DNA from: an uncultured Verrucomicrobiae bacterium | GTDB taxonomy: Bacteria; Verrucomicrobiota; Verrucomicrobiia; Chthoniobacterales; JAFAMB01 | NCBI GenBank assembly: GCA_963762565.1 | Contig: CAVXLD010000003.1 | Span: 704,001 to 768,000 of the forward strand | Length of the DNA: 64,000 bases | Direction of reading: 5' to 3' | Part shown: piece by piece, positions 29,159 through 38,450 of the stretch | Position numbering within the stretch: position 1 is the stretch's first letter | Layout: every line of letters begins with the position of its first letter | Translations under genes and position numbers: made by a program | Notes under the pieces: generated by a model | Seen by the model: the letters and a program-made list of their open reading frames with translations, nothing else | Database searches by the model: none | What the model was told of the DNA's origin: nothing

Positions 29159-29934
29159 TTGAAGAACCGTATCGTTGGGTCGAGGCGATCGCGAATCGGC
29201 GCGAATATATCGAGAGCGAACTCGCCAATGGCAGCCCCACCATTGCATTGAGTTGCCAGGAAGGAGTCTTACTTCTGACCTTCGGCAAAGACCGTAAGAA
29301 AATCTTCGAGGTCTACGATCAAATCGCTCTCGGAGGAATTGGTCACCCCGGAGATATCGAGCGGCTTCGGATGATGGCGATCGAACTGGCTGGTACTGAG
29401 GGATTCGCGCGATCAGTTAGTGACGTGTCTTTGCGTCGCATGGCGACCTACAGTTTCAGCCCGGCGTTAAAACAGGCTTTTGAACAGATTTACGGCGCAC
29501 CCTACCTGGCCCGGTTGTTGTTTGCCGAGGTCGGCGCTACCCCGGCTGACGATCTCTTTGTGGCGCTCGAGTATGACGGTTCTATGAAGGCCAACTCCAT
29601 GGCCGCAGGCAAGGGAAGAGACCACTTTGCGGTAATCTCCGGAACGCGGCGTTCTGCCGAGCAGATCGCGTTGTTTCTCCGCAACGAGGACATTGGACCC
29701 TTAAAAACCGCGCTGGCAGTGGCCGTCAGAGCCTGGGGGGTTGGCCTATATACTCTGGATGAGGACCACGCCAATATTCCGCCACCAGACGAGCTAAAGA
29801 ATTTCCTCAAGACTCAATTGAAAGATTATTCGGTCGAGGCCGCCCTTCTTGAGCGCAAGCCAAAGACGCGCATCGCGTTTACGGAGTTAAGCGAAGAAAA
29901 GCTCGGCGCGGTGTTGTCTGAGTACAAAGAGTAG
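29155..29934 (+). CDS. prcA: 20S proteasome alpha subunit
   Basis: RREYIESELANGSP, KIFEVYDQIALGGIG. ATGA overlap with prcB. Confidence 0.85.
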   Translation: MIEEPYRWVEAIANRREYIESELANGSPTIALSCQEGVLLLTFGKDRKKIFEVYDQIALGGIGHPGDIERLRMMAIELAGTEGFARSVSDVSLRRMATYSFSPALKQAFEQIYGAPYLARLLFAEVGATPADDLFVALEYDGSMKANSMAAGKGRDHFAVISGTRRSAEQIALFLRNEDIGPLKTALAVAVRAWGVGLYTLDEDHANIPPPDELKNFLKTQLKDYSVEAALLERKPKTRIAFTELSEEKLGAVLSEYKE

Positions 29935-30081
29935 TATCGCTCGCGAGGCGTTTCGTTCTCCCGACTTCGCCAACGCCCCGGTTGTGGAGCGCGCCTCGCT
30001 TGCGAGGCCGACTTCCAGCGGTTGGCAACAAAGACCATGGGCTTCGTCGGACAGGCCGTCCTCGAATCCGGCCGAAAACCC

Positions 30082-30199
30082 GGGAGGGATCGCGTCCTCG
30101 CGATCCTTCTTTAACGAAGCCCAGGGCAGACCAGGCCGGGCGCTTAACTAGGTTCACGACGCAGCCCTGTTCGCGGCGCGCGGGGACGCGCGCCCTCCC
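30082..30199. repeat. Repeat family D doublet
   Basis: GGGAGGGATCGCGTCCnCGCGATCC ... CGCGGCGCGCGGGGACGCGCGCCCTCCC. Also at 34058-34178 and 51995-52116; degenerate at 53747-53930. Confidence 0.88.
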
Positions 30200-30234
30200 T
30201 GAATCCCACCCCGCATGGCCTGCGAAGCGCTCAC

Positions 30235-30357
30235 CTATTTCGCCGACAAATGCAGTACAATGAGAACTGATCTGATGAGAAGCAGCAACCCGATCCAGGC
30301 CAGAATTTGACCTCCGGCCCGACGGAAAACGCGCAACCCATCGTTCGGTAAAGGCAT
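30235..30357 (-). CDS. Possible 40-aa membrane peptide
   Basis: MPLPNDGLRVFRRAGGQILAWIGLLLLIRSVLIVLHLSAK, in unique sequence between two repeats. Confidence 0.3.
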   Translation of the reverse strand: MPLPNDGLRVFRRAGGQILAWIGLLLLIRSVLIVLHLSAK

Positions 30358-30624
30358 ACCAAAATAACGCGGACATTGAAGTCGCGTGGTCAAATATAGA
30401 TCAGGCCAGGTTTTTGTCCCGAAGGCGAGCAAGCCGTGCGATTCGGACTAGGCGCACTACTCGATTGCTCCAACACTCCATCACTCCGCTCGACCGGATT
30501 CGAGGACGACGACGAGGACGAGAACGATGCCCCTCGCGCGCCCGTGAGAAAGACTCGCTTATGAAACCAAATTCAGTAGTGTGCGTCAGTACGGCTACAC
30601 ACGTTGAAACCAATCCGTTTCGCC

Positions 30625-31524
30625 ATGAAGACTTTATTTCTTATTCTTGCACTGGCTCTGTTTTCGGCCAGCGCCTGGGCCGATGATTTGACCAAAGCGG
30701 TTCAGGAAAAACTGAAGGATCAAGGGTTCTTTTATGGAGAAGCAACCGGGCAACCAGGCTCGGAAACCGATGCTGCGATTCGCCGTTATCAAATACGCTA
30801 CGGTTTGAAGGTCACCGGCGGATTGAACGATGAGACCATGCGGTCCTTGGGCCTAAAGCTCAACGAGTTTCCTCCTCCGCAAAACGCGGTTCGCCACGGA
30901 AACGAAACCGGTGCTAGCACCCCAAGCAGCACGCCGAGGCCGCAGCTCTCAGCGCCGCAAGCACAGCCGCCGCGAGCAATTTCGTCTCCGACTCCTCGCC
31001 CGCATATAGCCACTCCGCGACCTTCACCTTCACCCGAGGTTCACCAGAGAGTGCAGCCTCAACCCCCGACTTATCGGACACCTCAAGAAGCTCCGGACGA
31101 AGAAACGCCGGAAAACGAACCTCCAAGCCAAGGCTATAACCGAGGCCCTTCTGGTGGAGGTGGCTATGGGAACAATTATGGAGGGTCGCCTTACGGTGGA
31201 TCGCCCTATGGACGAGCACCTGCTCAGGGACGACCGCGCCTAGTCGCCAGGGTTCAGATGCAACTCGCTCGAGCCGGCTATTATCACGGACCTGTTGATG
31301 GGGAACTCGGCGGAGGGACGGTGGAAGCAATCGGCAGATTTCAAGCGTCGCGAGGCATTCAACCGACCGGGCGACTTAATGCCCGAACGTTGGTAGCATT
31401 GGGCGTGGTACGAAAAGTTTATCGCGTTTACGGGCCCTATCGACCCTACGGACCTTACGGCCCGGCTCCGTATGGCCCAGGACCTTACGGGCCGTATGGC
31501 CCCTACGCCCGAAACTACTGGTGA
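30625..31524 (+). CDS. Exported protein with two peptidoglycan-binding (PG_binding_1) domains
   Basis: VQEKLKDQGFF..AIRRYQ..TG and VQMQLARAGYYHGPVDG..FQ..TGRL, with a Pro-rich linker and a GPY-repeat tail. Confidence 0.85.
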   Translation: MKTLFLILALALFSASAWADDLTKAVQEKLKDQGFFYGEATGQPGSETDAAIRRYQIRYGLKVTGGLNDETMRSLGLKLNEFPPPQNAVRHGNETGASTPSSTPRPQLSAPQAQPPRAISSPTPRPHIATPRPSPSPEVHQRVQPQPPTYRTPQEAPDEETPENEPPSQGYNRGPSGGGGYGNNYGGSPYGGSPYGRAPAQGRPRLVARVQMQLARAGYYHGPVDGELGGGTVEAIGRFQASRGIQPTGRLNARTLVALGVVRKVYRVYGPYRPYGPYGPAPYGPGPYGPYGPYARNYW

Positions 31525-31709
31525 GCGAGCGGAGCTCGCCTTAGGCTCGCTCCGAATAGCCAATAGCCAATAGCCCATAGCCAATAACTCGGCGTGGCGC
31601 TGCATGCATCGGCTATTGGCTATTGGCTATTTCGGGAGGGAGCCTAAGGCGAGTCCCGATGATCTTTCCGCTTGCGCAGAAGGGCCAGCTGTTTTTGGTA
31701 GGCATCCTC

Positions 31710-33002
31710 ATGGTATGGTCGATTGAGTCGTTGGGAGAGGCGCAATATCTGTCACCCTTGCGTCATGGGCATTCAGAGCGATTCAAAAGCGAAAGCCACC
31801 GAGTCCTCTACGATGACATGCTGCCAGCTTCGCAGGAAGTGTTTGGCCGGGGCGAAATTCCCTTAAGTTTTGAAATAGCCGGGCCGCGCGAGAAAATTTT
31901 CTTCGATCCGCCGAAAGCAACGGCGGCCATTGTTACCTGCGGCGGTCTTTGTCCCGGTCAGAACGATATCATCCGAGGTATCGTTAATGAGCTCTACAAC
32001 CACTACGGCACGACGCGAATTTACGGCATCCGCTACGGATACGAAGGCTTGGTGCCGCGCTTCGGGCATGTGCCGTTGACGCTTCGGCCCGAATCCGTTT
32101 CTACCATCCACACTTTCGGCGGCACGGTTTTGGGCAGTTCACGAGGCCCCCAAGATGTCGCTGAGATGGTTGATCATTTGGAGGAGCTGGACGTCGATAT
32201 CCTGTTCGTCATCGGCGGCGACGGTACGCTACGGGGTGCAGCCGCCATCAATGCCGAACTTCGCCGGCGCGGCCTGCCTAAGAGCGTGATCGGGATCCCG
32301 AAGACGATCGATAACGATATCATGTATATCGACAAGAGTTTCGGCTTCGAGACTGCATTTGCGGAGGCGGTGAAAGCCGTGACCGCCGCCTATGTGGAGG
32401 CGATCGGAGCGGTGAACGGGATCGGGTTGGTTAAGCTCATGGGGCGTCATTCCGGGTTCATTGGTTGTTTTGCCACCTTGGCGGCTCAACATGTTAATTT
32501 CTGTCTGATTCCAGAGGTGCCCTTTGAGTTAGAAGGCAGCCGTGGCCTGTTGGAAACGCTCCGGCATCGCATCGCCCAACGCAAACACGCCGTGATCGTA
32601 GTGGCGGAAGGAGCCGGGCAAGATTTGATGCAAGTCGGCAATGAAACGGATGCATCCGGCAATATACGCTTAGGCGACATCGGCCTGTTCCTGAAGGAGA
32701 AGGTCAGCCAATTTTTTGCGGATCGCCGGATGGAGATAAACCTGAAATACGTCGACCCGAGTTACCTGATCAGAAGTGTGCCCGCCTCGGCGCAAGACAA
32801 CGTCTATTGCACCCGGTTGGCTCAAGCGGCTGTCCATGCGGGAATGAGCGGGCGAACGAATATGTTAGTAGGGAGATGGCACGGATCATTCGTTCACATT
32901 CCATTTGATCTCGTTACCCATGGCCGGCGCCGAGTTGAGCCCGAAGGGGATCTCTGGCTTTCTGTTCTCGAAACAACCGGTCAGCCTGCCAGGATGAGGT
33001 AG
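31710..33002 (+). CDS. pfkA: ATP-dependent 6-phosphofructokinase
   Basis: TCGGLCPG, GGTVLGSSRG, GGDGT (Gly, ATP type), PKTIDND, MGRHSG. Confidence 0.92.
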   Translation: MVWSIESLGEAQYLSPLRHGHSERFKSESHRVLYDDMLPASQEVFGRGEIPLSFEIAGPREKIFFDPPKATAAIVTCGGLCPGQNDIIRGIVNELYNHYGTTRIYGIRYGYEGLVPRFGHVPLTLRPESVSTIHTFGGTVLGSSRGPQDVAEMVDHLEELDVDILFVIGGDGTLRGAAAINAELRRRGLPKSVIGIPKTIDNDIMYIDKSFGFETAFAEAVKAVTAAYVEAIGAVNGIGLVKLMGRHSGFIGCFATLAAQHVNFCLIPEVPFELEGSRGLLETLRHRIAQRKHAVIVVAEGAGQDLMQVGNETDASGNIRLGDIGLFLKEKVSQFFADRRMEINLKYVDPSYLIRSVPASAQDNVYCTRLAQAAVHAGMSGRTNMLVGRWHGSFVHIPFDLVTHGRRRVEPEGDLWLSVLETTGQPARMR

Positions 33003-33204
33003 CGAGCGGAGCTCGCTTAGGCTCGCTCCGAGGAGCTGGGATCTAGAATCTAGGAGCTAGGAGAGTGTGCGAGGATTGCATGGCATACCCCGGGGGCACT
33101 CATGGCGCTCGGTGCGGCGAACAAATGGGACTGATAGGACCTATGGGACCAATGTGGGTGGGGCCGAGACGCTCTCCTAGCTCCTAGCTCCTAGCTCCTA
33201 GCTC

Positions 33205-33891
33205 CTAGCTCCTCGAAACAAGCATCAGGCGAGTCGCAGCGGTCATCATTCTCAGAAAATAGATCAGATAAGCCAGGAAACAGACGAATTGCAGGATGGC
33301 TGGCAGCACGACCCACTCTGGCCAACGCGCGCCTGCCTCAAAGCAAAACCAGGCGGCGCCGGCATGAAACGCGATCAGTGCGGGTACGAGGCAAAAAATG
33401 TTAAGATTTTGGTCTTTGCGCACCAGAACCATCAATCGTTCCAGCCCGCGACCGGCTACGTCCTTTGTGCGCCTGGAAATCAATCTCTGATCCAGGATGA
33501 ACAGAAACCATACGACGATTGAAAAGCAGGTGAGTGTTCCGTACCAGGCAACAGAATTGCCGAGCTGGCCAAATGCGACGGCCTCCAAGAAGGCGGCGCC
33601 GAAGTAGAAAAAGTTGTGCGTAAAATCCAGGGGCCAACGAATCAATGTCAGAGTGTGGCCGACCGATCTGGACCAAAACAGAAGGATTAAGAGGAGGCCG
33701 TTCGCGATGCATGGCACATCCTGAATCCGGCCATGATGCAACGCGCTGATCGCATTCTCGCAAAGAAAGGAAAGGGCGACGCCTTGGATGATGCTGGTTA
33801 GCGTCAGTTCAATGTTGATGATCAAGCTGTCGAGCTGGGGACGATCACCGATCAAGGATTCGAGTCGGGGGGGATTCGGAGGTCCAGACAA
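33205..33891 (-). CDS. Hypothetical polytopic membrane protein
   Basis: About six hydrophobic helices, IELTLTSIIQGVAL. TTG 33891 chosen because the longer ORF runs into repeats. Confidence 0.7.
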   Translation of the reverse strand: MSGPPNPPRLESLIGDRPQLDSLIINIELTLTSIIQGVALSFLCENAISALHHGRIQDVPCIANGLLLILLFWSRSVGHTLTLIRWPLDFTHNFFYFGAAFLEAVAFGQLGNSVAWYGTLTCFSIVVWFLFILDQRLISRRTKDVAGRGLERLMVLVRKDQNLNIFCLVPALIAFHAGAAWFCFEAGARWPEWVVLPAILQFVCFLAYLIYFLRMMTAATRLMLVSRS

Positions 33892-34336
33892 GGTGAACCT
33901 AAGATAGCCGCTTTGGCTTTCTTCCGCCAGGACGGGACTCGCCTTAGGCTCGTTCCGAACGAGCAAATCGCAAATCGCAGATAGCAAATAGCAAGTACGG
34001 AGACGCTGGGCAGCTGGACATATTTGCTATCCGCTATCTGCTATTTGCTCCAAGCTGGGGAGGGATCGCGTCCCCGCGATCCGTGTTCTCGAAGTCGCTC
34101 GCGTGTAGCGGCCCGGGATACAAATCGCGTCCTAGCGCCTAAAACATTTTCGCGGCGCGCGAGGACGCGCGCCCTCCCCACCCTGGGAACCGGCCGTCCC
34201 CCTCCGCGTTGGCACGCTCCTTGCACGCGTTCACCCACCTATAGGGCCGTTCCGGTTAATTGGTAAACGTTCTGCCCCGTAAGACCGTCGATAGGTTCAA
34301 AGACTCTAATGTTCCCCCGAACAGATAGGAGAACAT

Positions 34337-34516
34337 ATGAGTAGAATTGGAAGTACGGATGGACTGAGCATTATTGCTCGTTACACAAGTGTGGTCGCGA
34401 TCGCGATCACCTCCACAGCGGGATCGCTGCCAAACAACGTCTCAGAAGACGACCTGCGCAGCGATCAGATTGCCATGGAACAGCGGGGGGCAGAAGAGGT
34501 GATTCGTGATTGGTGA
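34337..34516 (+). CDS. Possible 59-aa small protein (below the ORF-track cutoff)
   Basis: AGGAGA Shine-Dalgarno 4 nt before the ATG. The stop falls in a GTGATTG heptamer array. Confidence 0.3.
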   Translation: MSRIGSTDGLSIIARYTSVVAIAITSTAGSLPNNVSEDDLRSDQIAMEQRGAEEVIRDW

Positions 34517-34852
34517 TTGGTGATTGGTCGGGTGCCGATGGCTGGTGGGGCGAGGCTCCCGAATGACCGGGCCCCTTCAGCAGGGAAATCGATCCACACC
34601 AATTGACTCGCGCGATTAGATCGAAAAACGTGCCGAGCCGTGACCCATCGCCAGACCGCGGCTCGGCGCGCATTTTGGCCTAAGAGCACCCTGTTTCATG
34701 GCGCGCATCATATCCTTCGCTTACCAGTCGAGGCCATTCGGGAGCCTCGCCCCACCAAATTAGGGCGCTAGCCCCACCAATCACTAATCACTAGTCACCA
34801 ATCACATCTTTCGGCCTCTTTACGTCTCCACCGCTTTGCATGACACTCCTGC

Positions 34853-35791
34853 ATGGCATCTGCGCAGTTTCCGGATGAACAGAGTGACATGGGCGAGTTT
34901 GAGCGCCAGGAGGACGCGTTTCGCGACTGGGTTACAGCGGACGGAAGTTCTGGGTATCCGGCAGTCGCCGGCCGCTATCACCTTTACGTATCGTTGGCGT
35001 GTCCGTGGGCCAGTCGCATCATCATCGTCAGGCACCTCAAACGGCTTGAAAAGATCATTGGGATGACGGTGGTCGACCCGATCCGCGATGATCGCGGTTG
35101 GGCTTTCCGCGAGGGCCCGGGCCACACGGCGGATCCGATCAATGGATTCAAATTTCTGAGCGAAGCCTATTCGCTGACTAAGCCGGACTACGACGGCCGA
35201 GTAACGGTGCCGGTTCTGTGGGATAGGGAGAAGAAACTGATCGTCAGTAATTCCGATGACGATCTGATGCGGATGTTTAACTCAGCCTTCGATAACCTGG
35301 GCGCTGCCAGCCTCGATCTCTACCCGGAGGAACACCGGAAGGAAATCGACCAGTTGAATGAATTGATCTATGAGACGGTCAACAATGGCGTTTACCGGGC
35401 CGGATTTGCTACCTCCCAAAGCGCGTACGAAAAATCGGTCATACGGCTGTTTGAGACACTCGACCTGCTGGAGGAACGGCTTTCCCAAAGACGATTTCTC
35501 TTCGGGAACACCCCGTTAGAGACCGATTGGCGGCTGTTTGTAAGCCTGGTGCGATTCGATGCCGTCTACCACGGACATTTTAAATGTAATTTACGTAGAA
35601 TCGTCGATTACAAGAACTTGTTCAGCTACTTACGTGACTTGTATCAACAACCAGGAATCGCTGAAACCGTTAATTTCGACCACATCAAGCGGCATTACTA
35701 CTACACCCACGACGACATCAATCCCACCCGGATTGTACCCCTCGGACCGATCCAGGATTTGGGGGCGCCGCATGGAAGGCGCCGAGTGTGA
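34853..35791 (+). CDS. yqjG: Glutathionyl-hydroquinone reductase (GST Xi/omega-like)
   Basis: RYHLYVSLACPWA, TVPVLWD, NNGVYRAGFA, RFDAVY, HIKRHYY. Confidence 0.93.
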   Translation: MASAQFPDEQSDMGEFERQEDAFRDWVTADGSSGYPAVAGRYHLYVSLACPWASRIIIVRHLKRLEKIIGMTVVDPIRDDRGWAFREGPGHTADPINGFKFLSEAYSLTKPDYDGRVTVPVLWDREKKLIVSNSDDDLMRMFNSAFDNLGAASLDLYPEEHRKEIDQLNELIYETVNNGVYRAGFATSQSAYEKSVIRLFETLDLLEERLSQRRFLFGNTPLETDWRLFVSLVRFDAVYHGHFKCNLRRIVDYKNLFSYLRDLYQQPGIAETVNFDHIKRHYYYTHDDINPTRIVPLGPIQDLGAPHGRRRV

Positions 35792-36147
35792 CTGGAGGGG
35801 AGCCGCTTTGGCGCGTCCGGTAAAAAACCGGCGGATTCTTCCCAGAGCGAGCCCAACCGGAAAACATGAAAGCAGGCGGCTCCCGGGAGCGTCTCAACGT
35901 GCAGAAGTTCTGCAGTGGTGCTAGTCAATGCCTTTAGGCAACAGAACGAGGGATCATAGCGTCGCGCTGGAGACATTCCCGGGAGCCGCCTGCTATCGTG
36001 CACACCTTGGCCGCACGGGCGTAAATACCAAATATCGTCGGGTCCTATACAAAACTCCAAAGCGGCTCCCCTCCAGAAATTTGCCGTTTGCTTTTCCCGG
36101 ACCCTGGCACTAGGAACCTCGCTTTGAAATCTTGGGTTTTTAATAAG

Positions 36148-37371
36148 ATGGTTGGCTCCTACACCTTGGGACAAGAGACCCAACAAGAACCGTCGCGCCT
36201 TTCGCCGAGGTTGTCCTTACCCGCCTCTTTCGGCTCGGTTGCGGTGGTGGATCAGGTTGGTCGAGAGGACCAGCCGGCCTTCGAGTTTGGATTTCGCCGC
36301 TATGCTCTCGATCACCGCTACTACGAGATCACTCGATCGGCCCTGGGAGAACAGTTTGAACACCTTTTTCTGCTGCTGAAGGATGCCAGCGGGACGACCA
36401 GAGCGGTGCAGCCGTTTCTGTTGGTGCGCCAGGACTTGGTGGTAGGGACACCGGCCTTCGTTCGCCGCTCGGCGGAGTTGGTCCGGAGGCTTTTACCATC
36501 CTTTCTAAAGCTGCCCATGATCATGGTTGGTTGTTCAGCCGGAGAAGGAGACGTCGCCTGTGATACGGTCTCAGGCGAGATCGGCTGGACGGTGAATGGC
36601 CTCAAAGAGGTTTTGCCCCAGGTGAGCAGATCGCTCGGAGCCTGGATGATTGTTTTCAAAGACTATCCGAAGAGTTACCGTCCATTTCTAGATTTGATGG
36701 TTACGGGTGGATTTACCCGGGTACCGAGCATGCCGGCCACCGGTATGGAACTGAGTTTTCGCAATTTTGAGGAGTACCTCAGCTCCAGACTTAGTCACGC
36801 TATGCGGAAGAACCTGCGCCGTAAGTTCCGCAAGAGCGCCAGCGGACCAGCAATCCAATTTGAAGTGGTCACTGACATCACACCTTACGTCGAGGAAGTC
36901 TTACCGCTTTACCGGGGCGTTTACGATCGCGCTGCTCAGAAATTCGAAGAACTGAACGCGAATTACTTGTCGGAATTGGGCAAGAGAATGCCGGATCGTT
37001 GCCGGTTTCTGATTTGGCGGATAGAAGGCCGGATCGTGGCTTTCGCCTCCTGCATCGTCCATGACGGCGTCCTACGCGACAACTATATCGGACTGGACTA
37101 TACCGTGGCGCTCGACCGGCACCTTTATTTTGTCACGTGGCGAGATACCGTGATTTGGGCAATGGAAAATGGGATTCGCTACTATCACAGTGCACCACTC
37201 AACTACGATCCCAAGTTGCATTTTCGAATGGACCTCGAGCCATTGGATCTCTATGTCCGGGCAACCAGTTCGTTGTTCAATCCAATTCTCCGGCGCTTGC
37301 TCCCGATTCTTGAACCGACGCGTTATGATCCGGTTATAAAGAACTTTTCGAACGCAAACGAGCTCTGGTGA
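36148..37371 (+). CDS. GNAT/FemAB-like acyltransferase domain protein
   Basis: FEEYLSSRLSHAMRKNLRRK, IVAF, YIGLDY, HLYF, NYDPKL. Confidence 0.75.
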   Translation: MVGSYTLGQETQQEPSRLSPRLSLPASFGSVAVVDQVGREDQPAFEFGFRRYALDHRYYEITRSALGEQFEHLFLLLKDASGTTRAVQPFLLVRQDLVVGTPAFVRRSAELVRRLLPSFLKLPMIMVGCSAGEGDVACDTVSGEIGWTVNGLKEVLPQVSRSLGAWMIVFKDYPKSYRPFLDLMVTGGFTRVPSMPATGMELSFRNFEEYLSSRLSHAMRKNLRRKFRKSASGPAIQFEVVTDITPYVEEVLPLYRGVYDRAAQKFEELNANYLSELGKRMPDRCRFLIWRIEGRIVAFASCIVHDGVLRDNYIGLDYTVALDRHLYFVTWRDTVIWAMENGIRYYHSAPLNYDPKLHFRMDLEPLDLYVRATSSLFNPILRRLLPILEPTRYDPVIKNFSNANELW

Positions 37372-37712
37372 GGAGCTAGGAGGTAGAATCTAGGAGCTAG
37401 GAGGCTGTGCGCAGCAGCAAACTTGGTGGGGCGAGGCTCCCGCACGTTCTTGTCGGCAATTCAGGGGACTGCAACTTTGAACTGAATTTTGCTGCGTTTG
37501 GCCGTTGTGCGCGCCGAGCCGTGGACCCAGCGCTGGACCACGGCTCGGCGGGCCTGTCGCTCTAGCAGCACGATGGACGTTAGAAAAGTCTGCTGCCCGC
37601 GAATCCGTTGGATTATTCGGGAGCCTCGCCCCACCAATTTTCTATCGCGCACACCCTCCTAGCTCCTTCCTCCCGTTGACGGCGTTTCTGCACCTGTGGC
37701 AGAATCGCGCCC

Positions 37713-38219
37713 GTGCTGCCTAAGAAGTTTCTGTTTGTTGCTATCGGCCTGGCGCTTGTTCTGGCCGGCTGTGAGACGGCGCCCCCGTACTCTTATCAAT
37801 ACAATCCTGCCTACACGGCCTACGTGGAAGGATCTTTAGCCAACCCGCCAGCAAAAGCGCCAGCGATTGTGCGACAGGCAATCGCAGCGGGAAATGAGTT
37901 GATCGGTAAACCGTACCGGTACGGAGGTGGTCATAGAACATTCTACGATAACGGCTATGATTGTTCCGGCGCGGTTTCGTATGTTCTCCATGCGATCGGC
38001 CGGCTGGAGACACCGACCCCTTCCCAAGTTTTTCGTGGATACGGAGACCACGGCGCTGGGCGGTGGGTCACGATCTACGCAGGCAGGGGGCACGTTTTTC
38101 TAGTGATCGCCGGCCTACGTTTTGACACGGGCTACGGTGATCATACCCACGGGCCACGCTGGCAGACCCGGTCCCGGCCCGCTAATGGATATGTACTTCG
38201 ACATCCGCCTGGGCTGTGA
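37713..38219 (+). CDS. NlpC/P60 lipoprotein (peptidoglycan endopeptidase)
   Basis: Lipobox LAGC, PYRYGGGH, YDCSGAVS, GHV. Confidence 0.88.
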   Translation: MLPKKFLFVAIGLALVLAGCETAPPYSYQYNPAYTAYVEGSLANPPAKAPAIVRQAIAAGNELIGKPYRYGGGHRTFYDNGYDCSGAVSYVLHAIGRLETPTPSQVFRGYGDHGAGRWVTIYAGRGHVFLVIAGLRFDTGYGDHTHGPRWQTRSRPANGYVLRHPPGL

Positions 38220-38450
38220 CGGGTGAGAAGTGATTGGTGAGAGGTGAGAGGGATGCGTGGGGAAGCACAAAGCGTGTTGAAGTGGTGCGGGGGTGAAAGG
38301 TGAAAAGTGAAAGGTAACAGCAGGTCACCGAACCGCCTTTACCCATTTTGTACCGATTCCACACAGCAGAATGGTCTTGGCGTAGCCTGAGCATTCTGCG
38401 ATAGCATCCAACGCTTACAAAAGCGTATGCTTTTGGGAGCGTTGGATGCT

